From Candidatus Latescibacterota bacterium (GTDB lineage: Bacteria > Latescibacterota > UBA2968 > UBA8231): a stretch of 64,000 bases of DNA. The notes beneath the pieces were generated by a model. That model did no database searches and was not told the origin of the DNA. It saw only the letters and a list, made by a program, of their open reading frames with translations. Positions within the stretch are counted from its first letter, which is position 1; each line of letters opens with the position of its first letter. Location of the stretch: contig OZ241362.1 in NCBI GenBank assembly GCA_965200315.1, positions 3,680,001-3,744,000 on the forward strand, written 5' to 3'. The position numbers and the translations under genes are program-made. Below are positions 27,667 through 36,500 of this stretch, piece after piece.

Positions 27667-30600
27667 ATGCCAACACACCTCAATCGCACGAAAATCAGAG
27701 AATATCTAGCGGACTTCGACCTCGAATCCCTGTTCATTGAGGAGCTTGGCTGGGATCGGGGCGGCACAAACATAGAAGTTCCCCTCGACAACGCGACATA
27801 CGATCTCCAAGCCGTCGCCCACAAGCGCGGCATGGTTGTTTATCAGTATGTAGCAAATGACGACGCCTTCCCGAACTATCCCACTCGCCAGAAGATCGAG
27901 AGGGATGTTGCCAAGACCGTCCGCGAACACATCATCGTTTACGCCTCAGCGGACAAGAGCACGTACTATTGGCAATGGGTGAAGCGCGAACCCGGCCAGC
28001 CCGACCGCTCGCGCTCGCATATCTACCGAAGAGGACAAGCGGGCGAAGCATTGATTCAGAAGTTGGAGCAGATCGTCTTCGCGCTAGACGAGGAAGCCGA
28101 CCTGACCATTGTCGATGTATCGGGGCGGGTGCGTGCAGCCTTTGATGTCGAGAAGGTCACAAAGGAATTCTACGACCGCTTCAAGAGAGAACATCTAGCC
28201 TTTCTCGCTTTCATCGAAGGCATTGAGAACGTAGCCGACCGCGAATGGTACGCCTCGCTGATGCTCAACCGGATGATGTTCATCTACTTCATTCAGAAGC
28301 GCGGCTTTCTCGACGGCGATACGAATTATCTGCAAAATCGCTTGCGGAAAGTACGCGAGCAGCGGGGCAACGGAAACTTTCTCGGCTTCTACCGCCTGTT
28401 TCTTCTGCGGCTGTTTCACGAAGGGCTGGGGCAACCAGAGGCCGACCGCGACCCTGAACTGGCGGCGTTGATCGGCAAGGTTCCGTATCTCAACGGAGGC
28501 TTGTTTGAAGTCCACGATCTAGAGCGGGACAACGAAGATCTCCACATCCCGGACGAGGCATTTCAGCAGATATTCGACTTTTTCGACGCCTACCAGTGGC
28601 ATCTCGACGACCGGCCGCTTCGCAATGACAACGAGATCAACCCCGACGTCCTCGGCTATATCTTCGAGAAGTACATCAACCAGAAGCAGATGGGGGCCTA
28701 CTATACCAAGGAGGACATTACTGGCTACATCAGCCGCAACACCATTATTCCCTTTCTGTTTGACCAAGCAAAGAAGGAGTGCGCCATCGCCTTCAAGCCC
28801 GACGGCGGGGTGTGGGAGCTATTAGCCGACGATCCAGATCGGTATTTCTACGAGGCTGTTCGGCACGGCATTACCTACGACATCCATAAAGGGGAAACTC
28901 TCACGGCAAAGCGCGAGCTGCCGCCTGAGATAGCGGTTGGCCTGCAAGACGTGTCCAAGCGCGGCGACTGGAACAAGGCGGCCCCGCCGGCCTATGCCCT
29001 GCCGACCGAGACTTGGCGCGAGCATATCGCCCGTCGCCAACGCTACGAAGAGGTCCGGGCCAAGCTCGCTGCCGGCGAGGTCGCGTCGATTAACGAGCTG
29101 ATCACGTACAATCTGGACATTGAGAAATTCGCCAAAGACGTGATTGCTGGTAGCGAGGGTTCCGAACTCATTCGCGCCTTCTGGCAGGCGATTACTCAGG
29201 TCTCCATTCTCGATCCCACCTGCGGTTCGGGTGCCTTCTTGTTTGCCGCGCTCAACATCTTGGAGCCGATATACACGGCCTGCTTAGAGGCCATGCAGGG
29301 GTTTCTAGACGATCTGGAAAGTTCGCGACGTAAGCATCGTCCAGAGAAACTGAAGAACTTCCGCGAGGTGCTGGGTAAGGTCGCCAGCCACGCCAGTGAG
29401 CGGTACTTCACGCTCAAGTCCATCATCGTCAACAACCTCTATGGCGTGGACATCATGGAAGAAGCGGTGGAAATCTGCAAACTACGACTCTTCCTGAAGT
29501 TGGTCGCGCAGTTGGAGCGTTACGAGCAGATCGAGCCGTTGCCCGACGTTGACTTCAATGTCCGCGCCGGTAATACGCTCGTGGGGTTTACGACGCTCGC
29601 GGAAATACAGGAGGCGTTTGTCTCCACCCCGGATGGCCAGCGAAGAATGATCTATGCCGAAGACGAAGCTAAGCTGAAGCGGATTGAAGAGGACGCCGAG
29701 GTCGCCGACCGGGCCTTTCGTCAGTTTCGCAAGATGCAGACCGAGCACGAGATGGATGCGGGTGCGTTCGCCAGTGCCAAGACGGAATTGCGAAAGCGAC
29801 TCAATGATTTGCGCGCCGAATTGGATCAGTATTTGGCTGGTGATTATGGCGTCGAGAGTGAGGATGAACGAGCGTACCGGAAATGGCGTGAAAGCCACCA
29901 GCCATTTCACTGGTTCGTCGAGTTTTATGGGATTATGAGAAGCGGCGGGTTTGACGTGATTGTCGGGAATCCGCCGTATGTTTCAACTATAAAAATACGA
30001 AAATTCTATGATGTAAGGCACTTGAGCTGTAATAGATGTCCTGACATTTACGCATGGGTATTAGAACGCAGTCAGGTCTTGCTTCGTATGAATGGTAGAT
30101 GCGGCGTGATTGTGCCTCTAAGCCTCGGGTTCAGTTCCGCTTTTGATTCGTGTCGCCGCCTTTTATTCTCTGGATACAGCCAAAATTGGTTCTCGTCGTT
30201 TGGCCGTATCCCGTCAGCCTTGTTCAGCTTTGATGTTCGAGTCAGGAATATCATTCACCTTGCACTTAAGTCGAAAGGGCTAAAAAGCACCCAAACTACC
30301 CGACTGCACCGCTGGTCTGCTGATGCACGTCCGACATTACTAGAAATACTGGAATACGTATCATTTAACCCCATTCTTTGGAAAAATAGAATACCAAAGC
30401 CGAATAGCCGATCACTCGCAAATTCTTTTGAGAGACTTCTTTCCTTCGAGAATCGAAAAGTTGAAGGGATACTCGCACGTCGCCCGACTCGACATGTATT
30501 ACATTTTAAGAAAACGTCCTACAACTGGCTGAACTTCTGTAGTGAGATGCCAGCATGTTATAATGAGAAAGGGCAAACTATTCCACATACACAGTTTGGC

Positions 30601-31005
30601 CATCTATACTTCAAAGACTCTATAACGTACCAGCTTGCTATGTTATTAGCAAATGGAAAGCTCATGCTGACTTTTTGGCTCATGATTGGCGACGATTTCC
30701 ACGTGACTCAATGGAACTTTACCGACTTTCCAACTAATTTTGAATGTCTATCAGAACAACAAACCGCTGATCTTCTCAGAATTTTTCCACGTTTGAAATT
30801 CGCCATGAAAGAGAATACTCAATTTAAGTTAAACGCAGGTAAAAAAGTTGGTAACTACAATGTAGCTAAGTGTCGTCTTATTACGGATATAAGCGATAAA
30901 ATTTTTTGCGAATCAATTGGACTCTGCGACGTATGGGAGGATATTGAACTCTACTATGCTCAAGCTGTACGGACAGATTTCAGTTTGAACGAAGAGGACA
31001 ACTGA
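27667..31005 (+). CDS. Gamma-class (Eco57I/IIG-like) N6-adenine DNA methyltransferase with C-terminal TRD
   Basis: YLNGGLF, GAYYT, LDPTCGSGAF (motif I) before GNPPY (motif IV); AT-rich C-terminus. Confidence 0.9.
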   Translation: MPTHLNRTKIREYLADFDLESLFIEELGWDRGGTNIEVPLDNATYDLQAVAHKRGMVVYQYVANDDAFPNYPTRQKIERDVAKTVREHIIVYASADKSTYYWQWVKREPGQPDRSRSHIYRRGQAGEALIQKLEQIVFALDEEADLTIVDVSGRVRAAFDVEKVTKEFYDRFKREHLAFLAFIEGIENVADREWYASLMLNRMMFIYFIQKRGFLDGDTNYLQNRLRKVREQRGNGNFLGFYRLFLLRLFHEGLGQPEADRDPELAALIGKVPYLNGGLFEVHDLERDNEDLHIPDEAFQQIFDFFDAYQWHLDDRPLRNDNEINPDVLGYIFEKYINQKQMGAYYTKEDITGYISRNTIIPFLFDQAKKECAIAFKPDGGVWELLADDPDRYFYEAVRHGITYDIHKGETLTAKRELPPEIAVGLQDVSKRGDWNKAAPPAYALPTETWREHIARRQRYEEVRAKLAAGEVASINELITYNLDIEKFAKDVIAGSEGSELIRAFWQAITQVSILDPTCGSGAFLFAALNILEPIYTACLEAMQGFLDDLESSRRKHRPEKLKNFREVLGKVASHASERYFTLKSIIVNNLYGVDIMEEAVEICKLRLFLKLVAQLERYEQIEPLPDVDFNVRAGNTLVGFTTLAEIQEAFVSTPDGQRRMIYAEDEAKLKRIEEDAEVADRAFRQFRKMQTEHEMDAGAFASAKTELRKRLNDLRAELDQYLAGDYGVESEDERAYRKWRESHQPFHWFVEFYGIMRSGGFDVIVGNPPYVSTIKIRKFYDVRHLSCNRCPDIYAWVLERSQVLLRMNGRCGVIVPLSLGFSSAFDSCRRLLFSGYSQNWFSSFGRIPSALFSFDVRVRNIIHLALKSKGLKSTQTTRLHRWSADARPTLLEILEYVSFNPILWKNRIPKPNSRSLANSFERLLSFENRKVEGILARRPTRHVLHFKKTSYNWLNFCSEMPACYNEKGQTIPHTQFGHLYFKDSITYQLAMLLANGKLMLTFWLMIGDDFHVTQWNFTDFPTNFECLSEQQTADLLRIFPRLKFAMKENTQFKLNAGKKVGNYNVAKCRLITDISDKIFCESIGLCDVWEDIELYYAQAVRTDFSLNEEDN

Positions 31006-31223
31006 TGAATACCAATTCTACAACTCTACCGACGAATAGTTCAGACTGCATAGATTACGCCGTCAAGTGTCGCATGGGACGAAAAACCTCTTACGAAGCA
31101 AATACTAACGACCTTTTCAAGCTAGCAGCAAAGGTCTATGAGGGCATCTCCGATACTGACCTGAACGACATGGAAGAAATTATTCATGATCGTCGCAATT
31201 TTTTTGGAGATAAAAACCAATAA
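31005..31223 (+). pseudogene. Chimeric remnant: old methyltransferase C-terminus plus antitoxin-like tail
   Basis: FYNSTDE*/DCIDYAVKCRMGR followed by LAAKVYEGISDTDLNDMEEIIHDRRNFFG. Confidence 0.5.
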
Positions 31224-31327
31224 TGGCTCTACAAGGAAGGTATTTAAACTGCTATGATACACCCTCCTATACATTGGGATATGCACCATCAAGAAACGAA
31301 TGACACTCTTGGAGATGTAACCCATAG

Positions 31328-31489
31328 ATGAAAGACAAGACTAAGCAAAACCTAGAAGATATTGTCTCACGTCTTCTAACCGTTGATCCCTATAGAATCG
31401 TACTTTTTGGATCCCTTGCTACAGGCATGGATAGAGAAGACAGCGATATAGAACGTTCAGGAAGGACACTGCATGAGAAGCCAAACTAA
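31328..31489 (+). pseudogene. Truncated MNT nucleotidyltransferase
   Basis: Manual translation MKDKTKQNLEDIVSRLLTVDPYRIVLFGSLATGMDREDSDI, then similarity is lost. Confidence 0.65.
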
Positions 31490-32072
31490 AGCGTGGCTAG
31501 ATTTGGCTGGAAGCTCGCCTGAGTTCACGTTTAAGGGCAACCTCGGCATACTCGACAGCATCCTAATTGGCTTCTTCTGCTCTGTGCGTTGCCCGGGCGA
31601 CGCAATCCTCAAGACCTACGATCTGGCACGAATACTACGAGACACCGACGCGGCGATTGTCGGCGGTTTTCAGTCGCCTATGGAAAAGGAGTGCCTAGAC
31701 TTGCTGTTGCGCGGCTCGGCGTCGATCGTAGTTTGTCCGGCGCGCGGGCTTAGCCAAATGCGGATTCCGAAAAGCTGGAAGGAGCCGTTGGCCGAAGATC
31801 GTTTGCTGATCTTGTCCTTTTTCGCCGACCGCATTCGCCGCCCCACCACAGCAATTGCCGCCCAGCGCAATGCCCACATCGCCGCGCTCGCCGACCGCAT
31901 TCTTATTGCCCATGCCGAAAAGGGCGGCAAAACTGAGGCATTGTGCAAGAAAGTGCTCACTCAAGGAAAACCAGTGTTTGCCATAGAATCCCCATATAAC
32001 GAGCATCTGGTGGCTCTAGGCATTGTGCCGGTCCAAGTGGAAGATTTTGCACTTTTGGTTATGGATAAGTGA
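31473..32072 (+). CDS. Short DprA/SMF-like (SLOG) protein
   Basis: GNLGIL, FFCSVRCPG, GGFQSPME, AAQRN..ADRILIAHAEKGGKT. Confidence 0.75.
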   Translation: MRSQTKAWLDLAGSSPEFTFKGNLGILDSILIGFFCSVRCPGDAILKTYDLARILRDTDAAIVGGFQSPMEKECLDLLLRGSASIVVCPARGLSQMRIPKSWKEPLAEDRLLILSFFADRIRRPTTAIAAQRNAHIAALADRILIAHAEKGGKTEALCKKVLTQGKPVFAIESPYNEHLVALGIVPVQVEDFALLVMDK

Positions 32073-32344
32073 GTGCCATGCCTGCCGAATGGGTAGAACT
32101 GGAATGTACCAAACACGCAGTTCATGCGATGGCCGAGCGAATGATCCCTATGGAGTGGGTCAAACTAGCAGTAGCCGAACCAGCGTTGCGTATGCCCGAT
32201 CCAAACGACCCCGAAGTAGAGCGTTTTTTTTGTGCTATCCCAGAACGGGGCAACCGAATATTGCGCGTCGCTGTCAACACTCGCGTTGCATCTTGGCGAG
32301 TAGTAAGCGTATTTTTTGACCGAAACATGAAAGGAAAATTATGA
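32069..32344 (+). CDS. DUF4258-like putative toxin
   Basis: TKHAVHAMAERMI..RILRVAVN..VVSVFFDR. Confidence 0.7.
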   Translation: MSAMPAEWVELECTKHAVHAMAERMIPMEWVKLAVAEPALRMPDPNDPEVERFFCAIPERGNRILRVAVNTRVASWRVVSVFFDRNMKGKL

Positions 32345-32541
32345 AACTGCATGTCGATAAAAAAGCCGATGCGCTCTATCTGCGCCTCGATGATTCTACC
32401 ATCGTCGAGTCCGAAGAGGTCTCGCCGGGAGTGGTGCTCGACTACAACGAATCGAACGAAGTAGTGGGCGTGGAAATGCTATATCTGTCGAAACGCTCAT
32501 CCGATCTAAATCTCTCCGCCTTGCAATTTGAAACCGCTTAG
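32341..32541 (+). CDS. DUF2283-like putative antitoxin
   Basis: DKKADALYLRL..ESEEV..VLDY..VVGVEML; 4-bp overlap with the previous gene. Confidence 0.8.
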   Translation: MKLHVDKKADALYLRLDDSTIVESEEVSPGVVLDYNESNEVVGVEMLYLSKRSSDLNLSALQFETA

Positions 32542-32547
32542 CTACTT

Positions 32548-33555
32548 ATGAACCCTCCCCTCCTCGACGTCCACGACCTAAGCGTGCGCATCACCCGCGA
32601 CGAGGGCGTGGTGCGGCCGCTCAACGGCGTCAGCTTCCGCATCAACACCGGCCAAGCCGTGGGCATCGTCGGCGAAAGCGGCTGCGGCAAGACCATGACC
32701 TCCAACGCCTTGCTGCAGATTTTGCCGCCGGCAGCCGAGATTACCAGCGGCCACATCCGCTACCGCCGCAAGCTGGACGAGCAAGAGATCGACCTCGCCG
32801 CGCTCGACGCACACAGCGACGAGATGCATCAGATCCGGGGCGGCGACATCTCCATGATCTTCCAAGAGCCAATGACCGCGTTCTCGCCGGTGCATACCAT
32901 CGGCAACCAAATCGCCGAGATGATCCAGCTCCACGACTCGCTATCCTCAGAAGCAACGCGACAGCGGGTCGCCGAGCTGCTGCACTTAGTCGGCATCCCC
33001 GATCCGCAGGACCGCGCCGACGACTACCCCTTCCAGCTTTCGGGCGGCATGCGCCAGCGGGCGATGATTGCCATGGCCCTAGCGAGCAATCCGCGGCTCT
33101 TGATCGCCGACGAGCCAACCACGGCACTCGACGTGACCGTGCAAGCGCGGGTGCTCAAGCTGATCCAGCGACTCCAGCGCGAGTTGGGACTGGCGCTCAT
33201 GCTAATCACCCACGATCTAGGCGTGATCGCGCACACGGTCGAATACGTCTATGTGATGTATATGGGGCGAATCGTCGAAGAGGGGCCGGTGGCCGCAATT
33301 TTCGACAGCCCGGCGCATCCCTATACCGCGGCCCTGTTGCAATCCATCCCCAGCTTGACGGGCAAACGCCGGCACATCGATCCAATTGAGGGCAGCGTCC
33401 CCAGCGCGTACGCCCTGCCCGAAGGGTGCCCCTTCCACACCCGCTGTACGCCAAAGGTCGGCCCCATTTGCGAGCAGCAAATGCCCGCGTCGGCAGAAGT
33501 GGGGCCACATCACCACACCCGTTGTTTCATCCACACCGAAGCAGGAGGGGACTAG
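32548..33555 (+). CDS. ABC ATPase (OppD/DppD-like)
   Basis: GESGCGKT, LSGGMRQR, ADEPTT, HPYT, Cys-rich tail. Confidence 0.92.
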   Translation: MNPPLLDVHDLSVRITRDEGVVRPLNGVSFRINTGQAVGIVGESGCGKTMTSNALLQILPPAAEITSGHIRYRRKLDEQEIDLAALDAHSDEMHQIRGGDISMIFQEPMTAFSPVHTIGNQIAEMIQLHDSLSSEATRQRVAELLHLVGIPDPQDRADDYPFQLSGGMRQRAMIAMALASNPRLLIADEPTTALDVTVQARVLKLIQRLQRELGLALMLITHDLGVIAHTVEYVYVMYMGRIVEEGPVAAIFDSPAHPYTAALLQSIPSLTGKRRHIDPIEGSVPSAYALPEGCPFHTRCTPKVGPICEQQMPASAEVGPHHHTRCFIHTEAGGD

Positions 33556-33559
33556 CCCA

Positions 33560-34573
33560 ATGTCCACAGGGGCCACAGACGTCCTCCTCCAAGTGCGAGG
33601 GTTAAAAAAGCACTTTCCCGTACACCGGGGGCTTTTACAGCGACAGACGGGTTGGGTGAAGGCCGTAGATGGTGTGAGCTTTGCGCTTGCCCAAGGCAAA
33701 ATTTTGGGGCTGGTCGGCGAGAGCGGCTGCGGCAAGACCACTACCGGGCGGATGATTCTCCGCGCCCTAGACCCGACCGCCGGGGAGATCCTCTTTCGCC
33801 AACAGGACGGGCAGGTCGTCGATATGGCCCAGCTCGGCCGGCGCGAAGTCGTCCAAGCCCGCCGGCAGATGCAGATGATCTTCCAAGACCCGTACTCGTC
33901 CCTAAATCCGCGAATGCCCGTGCGCGACCTAATCGCCGAGCCGCTCCGGTCTTATGGCTGGCCAGCGCGCGACAGTCACGAGCGCGTGGGCGAGCTGATG
34001 GAGCGCGTAGGGCTCGACCCCAGATATGCGCGCCGCTATCCGCACGCCTTCTCGGGCGGCCAGCGGCAGCGCATCGGCATTGCCCGCGCCTTGGCCTTGA
34101 GCCCGTCGCTCATCGTCGCCGACGAGCCAGTCTCCGCGCTCGACGTCAGCGTACAAGCGCAAATTCTCAACTTGCTCCGCCAATTGCAGACCGACCTCGA
34201 CCTCACCTTGCTGTTTATCGCCCACGACCTGAGCGTGGTGCGCTATCTCTGCGATGAAGTGGCCGTCATGTACCAAGGCCGAATCGTCGAACAGGCTGCA
34301 ACAGAAACCCTCTTTACCCAACCGCAGCACCCCTATACGGCCATGCTGCTAGAGGCCGCGCCCGCGCCCGATCCCCACGCCTCGTGGATGGAGGCCGACG
34401 AAGACGCCAGCGAGGTGGGTGAGCCGACATCGGCCGACGGCCAAGGGTGCGCGTTCGCACCGCGCTGCCGCTACCAAAGCGACCTGTGCAGCCAGCAGAT
34501 GCCCGCGCTGGAGGGCGAGTCGCATCTGGCCGCCTGCCACCACAAAGACGAGTTAGAACTGCAGGGAGTGTAG
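33560..34573 (+). CDS. ABC ATPase (OppF/DppF-like)
   Basis: GESGCGKT, FSGGQRQR, ADEPVS, HPYT. Confidence 0.92.
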   Translation: MSTGATDVLLQVRGLKKHFPVHRGLLQRQTGWVKAVDGVSFALAQGKILGLVGESGCGKTTTGRMILRALDPTAGEILFRQQDGQVVDMAQLGRREVVQARRQMQMIFQDPYSSLNPRMPVRDLIAEPLRSYGWPARDSHERVGELMERVGLDPRYARRYPHAFSGGQRQRIGIARALALSPSLIVADEPVSALDVSVQAQILNLLRQLQTDLDLTLLFIAHDLSVVRYLCDEVAVMYQGRIVEQAATETLFTQPQHPYTAMLLEAAPAPDPHASWMEADEDASEVGEPTSADGQGCAFAPRCRYQSDLCSQQMPALEGESHLAACHHKDELELQGV

Positions 34574-34605
34574 CTACATCCACCCTCATGGAGGAGAACG
34601 TCTGC

Positions 34606-35859
34606 ATGGTCCAGTTTGGGGATCACCTGCGGCAAACTCGCCTCGAAAGCGGATTGACCCAAGCCGATGTGGCGAACCGCCTTGGGGTCTCGAAAGGGTA
34701 CATCTCCCGCCTCGAAAGTGGCAAGGCTCGACCCGCCGAAGCGACAGTCCGACGCCTAGCCCAAATCTGTGAGATCGATCCGGATCCGCTCCTCATCTTG
34801 GCCGATTACCTGCCCTCCGACCTTCGAGAAATTCTATCGCAGCATCCTGCCGAAGCGTCGGCGATCCTGCGCGGCACCTTTGGGCGTACCGACCATCCGC
34901 AAGATGCACCTCCTACTGTCGCCGAGTCCCAAGCGCTCTACCAGACCGACGAAGCTTCATATCAACTCATTCAAGAAGATTGCTTCGCATGGATGGAGCA
35001 CCGCCCCCCCAACAGCGTCCACGCCATCGTCACCGACCCGCCCTACGGCCTGAAAGAGTACACCACTCAGGAAAAGGACAAACTCCGGCGCGGACGGGGT
35101 GGCGTTTGGCGCATCCCCCCAGCTTTGGACGGCTGCGTCCGCCAGCCCCTGCCTCGATTCACTGTCCTCAGTAACGGCGACAAGCAGCAGCTTGCCGCAT
35201 TCTTTGGGCAATGGGGCGAACGGGCATTGCAAGTGCTTGTGCCGGGGGGGCATGTTTTCATCGCCGCCAACCCCCTGCTGTCGCACTTGGTCTATGCGGC
35301 CCTCGTCGAAAGCGGCTTTGAGAAGCGCGGCGAAATCATCCGCCTAGTGCAGACGCTGCGGGGCGGCGATCGTCCTAAGAATGCACACGACGAATTTGCG
35401 GACGTCACCGTTATGCCTCGCTCCGGTTGGGAGCCTTGGGGCCTATTTCGCAAGCCGTGCGAGGGGCGTGTACAGGACAACCTGCGCGTGTGGAAGACGG
35501 GCGGACTGAGGCGGATCAGTGCCGAGCGTCCTTTCGGCGACGTCATTCGCAGTGCGCCCACTCGGCCAGCGGAACGCGACATCGCGCCGCATCCTTCCCT
35601 TAAGCCGCAGAGCTTTATGCGCCAAATCGTGCGCGCAGCGCTGCCGTTGGGTGAGGGAGTAGTTCTTGACCCCTTCATGGGCGGAGGTTCGACCATCGCT
35701 GCCGCGTGTGCAGTGGGTTATGAGAGTATTGGCATTGAAAGCGACCCAGCGTTTTTCGAGATCGCCAAAGCCGCAATTCCGCAATTGGCCGCGCTGGAGG
35801 TCAACGGAGAAAGCAAGCTGGTTCCGAAAGCCGAGCGGCAGCCGAACCTATTTGGCTAA
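34606..35859 (+). CDS. XRE-HTH fused beta-class (N4C/N6A) DNA methyltransferase
   Basis: GGAGGAG RBS; LTQADVANRLGVSKGYISRLESG; TDPPY before LDPFMGGGST. Confidence 0.88.
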   Translation: MVQFGDHLRQTRLESGLTQADVANRLGVSKGYISRLESGKARPAEATVRRLAQICEIDPDPLLILADYLPSDLREILSQHPAEASAILRGTFGRTDHPQDAPPTVAESQALYQTDEASYQLIQEDCFAWMEHRPPNSVHAIVTDPPYGLKEYTTQEKDKLRRGRGGVWRIPPALDGCVRQPLPRFTVLSNGDKQQLAAFFGQWGERALQVLVPGGHVFIAANPLLSHLVYAALVESGFEKRGEIIRLVQTLRGGDRPKNAHDEFADVTVMPRSGWEPWGLFRKPCEGRVQDNLRVWKTGGLRRISAERPFGDVIRSAPTRPAERDIAPHPSLKPQSFMRQIVRAALPLGEGVVLDPFMGGGSTIAAACAVGYESIGIESDPAFFEIAKAAIPQLAALEVNGESKLVPKAERQPNLFG

Positions 35860-35865
35860 AGACGC

Positions 35866-36500
35866 TTACGGCTCGGCGAGGATGGCTCGATGGCGACCAA
35901 CGCCGACGTTGGGCAGCCGGTAGAGGAAATTGTTCCGTAGCTTCTCGACACCAGCAGCCGTTATGGACGCCGTGGGCGTCCGGCGCGAATCACCGGTGCG
36001 GCCTGAGAATGACCAATCCGCTTCGTCGAGCTTGGCGCAGAGAATTTCGAGGAATGTCAGCGGAGTAGAAGCCCCTTCTTCCTGAGTGCCAATCGCATAG
36101 CGAAATACCATTAGCCAGCAGTCCTCCGGGTTATGCCCCTGCCAGCCACCGCGCCGGATAGACGACTTAATTTCAATACCCTCGTCTCCTTTTAACACTA
36201 GATTCGATGCGTAATGGCCTTTCGGCAGCAGGTCGGGATGCCCTCCCACCTTCGCATTCGCCGCCAGCGTTTCAGCAGCGCGGGCGATATTTTTTACGAG
36301 AAACTCAGAGAGCATACCAGATAACGAGTTGCCCAGCAGCAATTCCTCCAATGGACAAAAGCCGCTGCTTGCGAGGAAGTCGTTCAATCCGTGCAACAGT
36401 CGGTACGTCTCCGCCACCGCCTGTTCTATGTCTTCTACTTTGAGTCCGTAGGGAGGACGACACGGCGATTCACGTAGCGGGCGTTAAGCGTTCCCGCATC
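35866..36500 (-). pseudogene. Type II-like PD-(D/E)XK restriction endonuclease, 5' end frameshifted and fused to the upstream gene
   Basis: HPDLLP..GIEIKSS; convergent with the MTase. N-terminal LNARYVNRRVVL and PYGLKVEDIEQAV are in different frames at ~36452. The intact ORF is 35866-36417. Confidence 0.65.

Larger units (their letters stand above)
23217..32547. mobile_element. Defence/TA island interrupting the ABC operon
   Basis: Lies between the permease and ATPase genes; carries RM-like and TA genes with AT-rich patches. No integrase seen. Confidence 0.7.

Noticed and set aside
32539-34577. TAGCTAC at the island right edge and after the last ATPase as a target duplication
   Set aside because: Only 7 bp, also occurs at ~12801, and is absent at the left edge.
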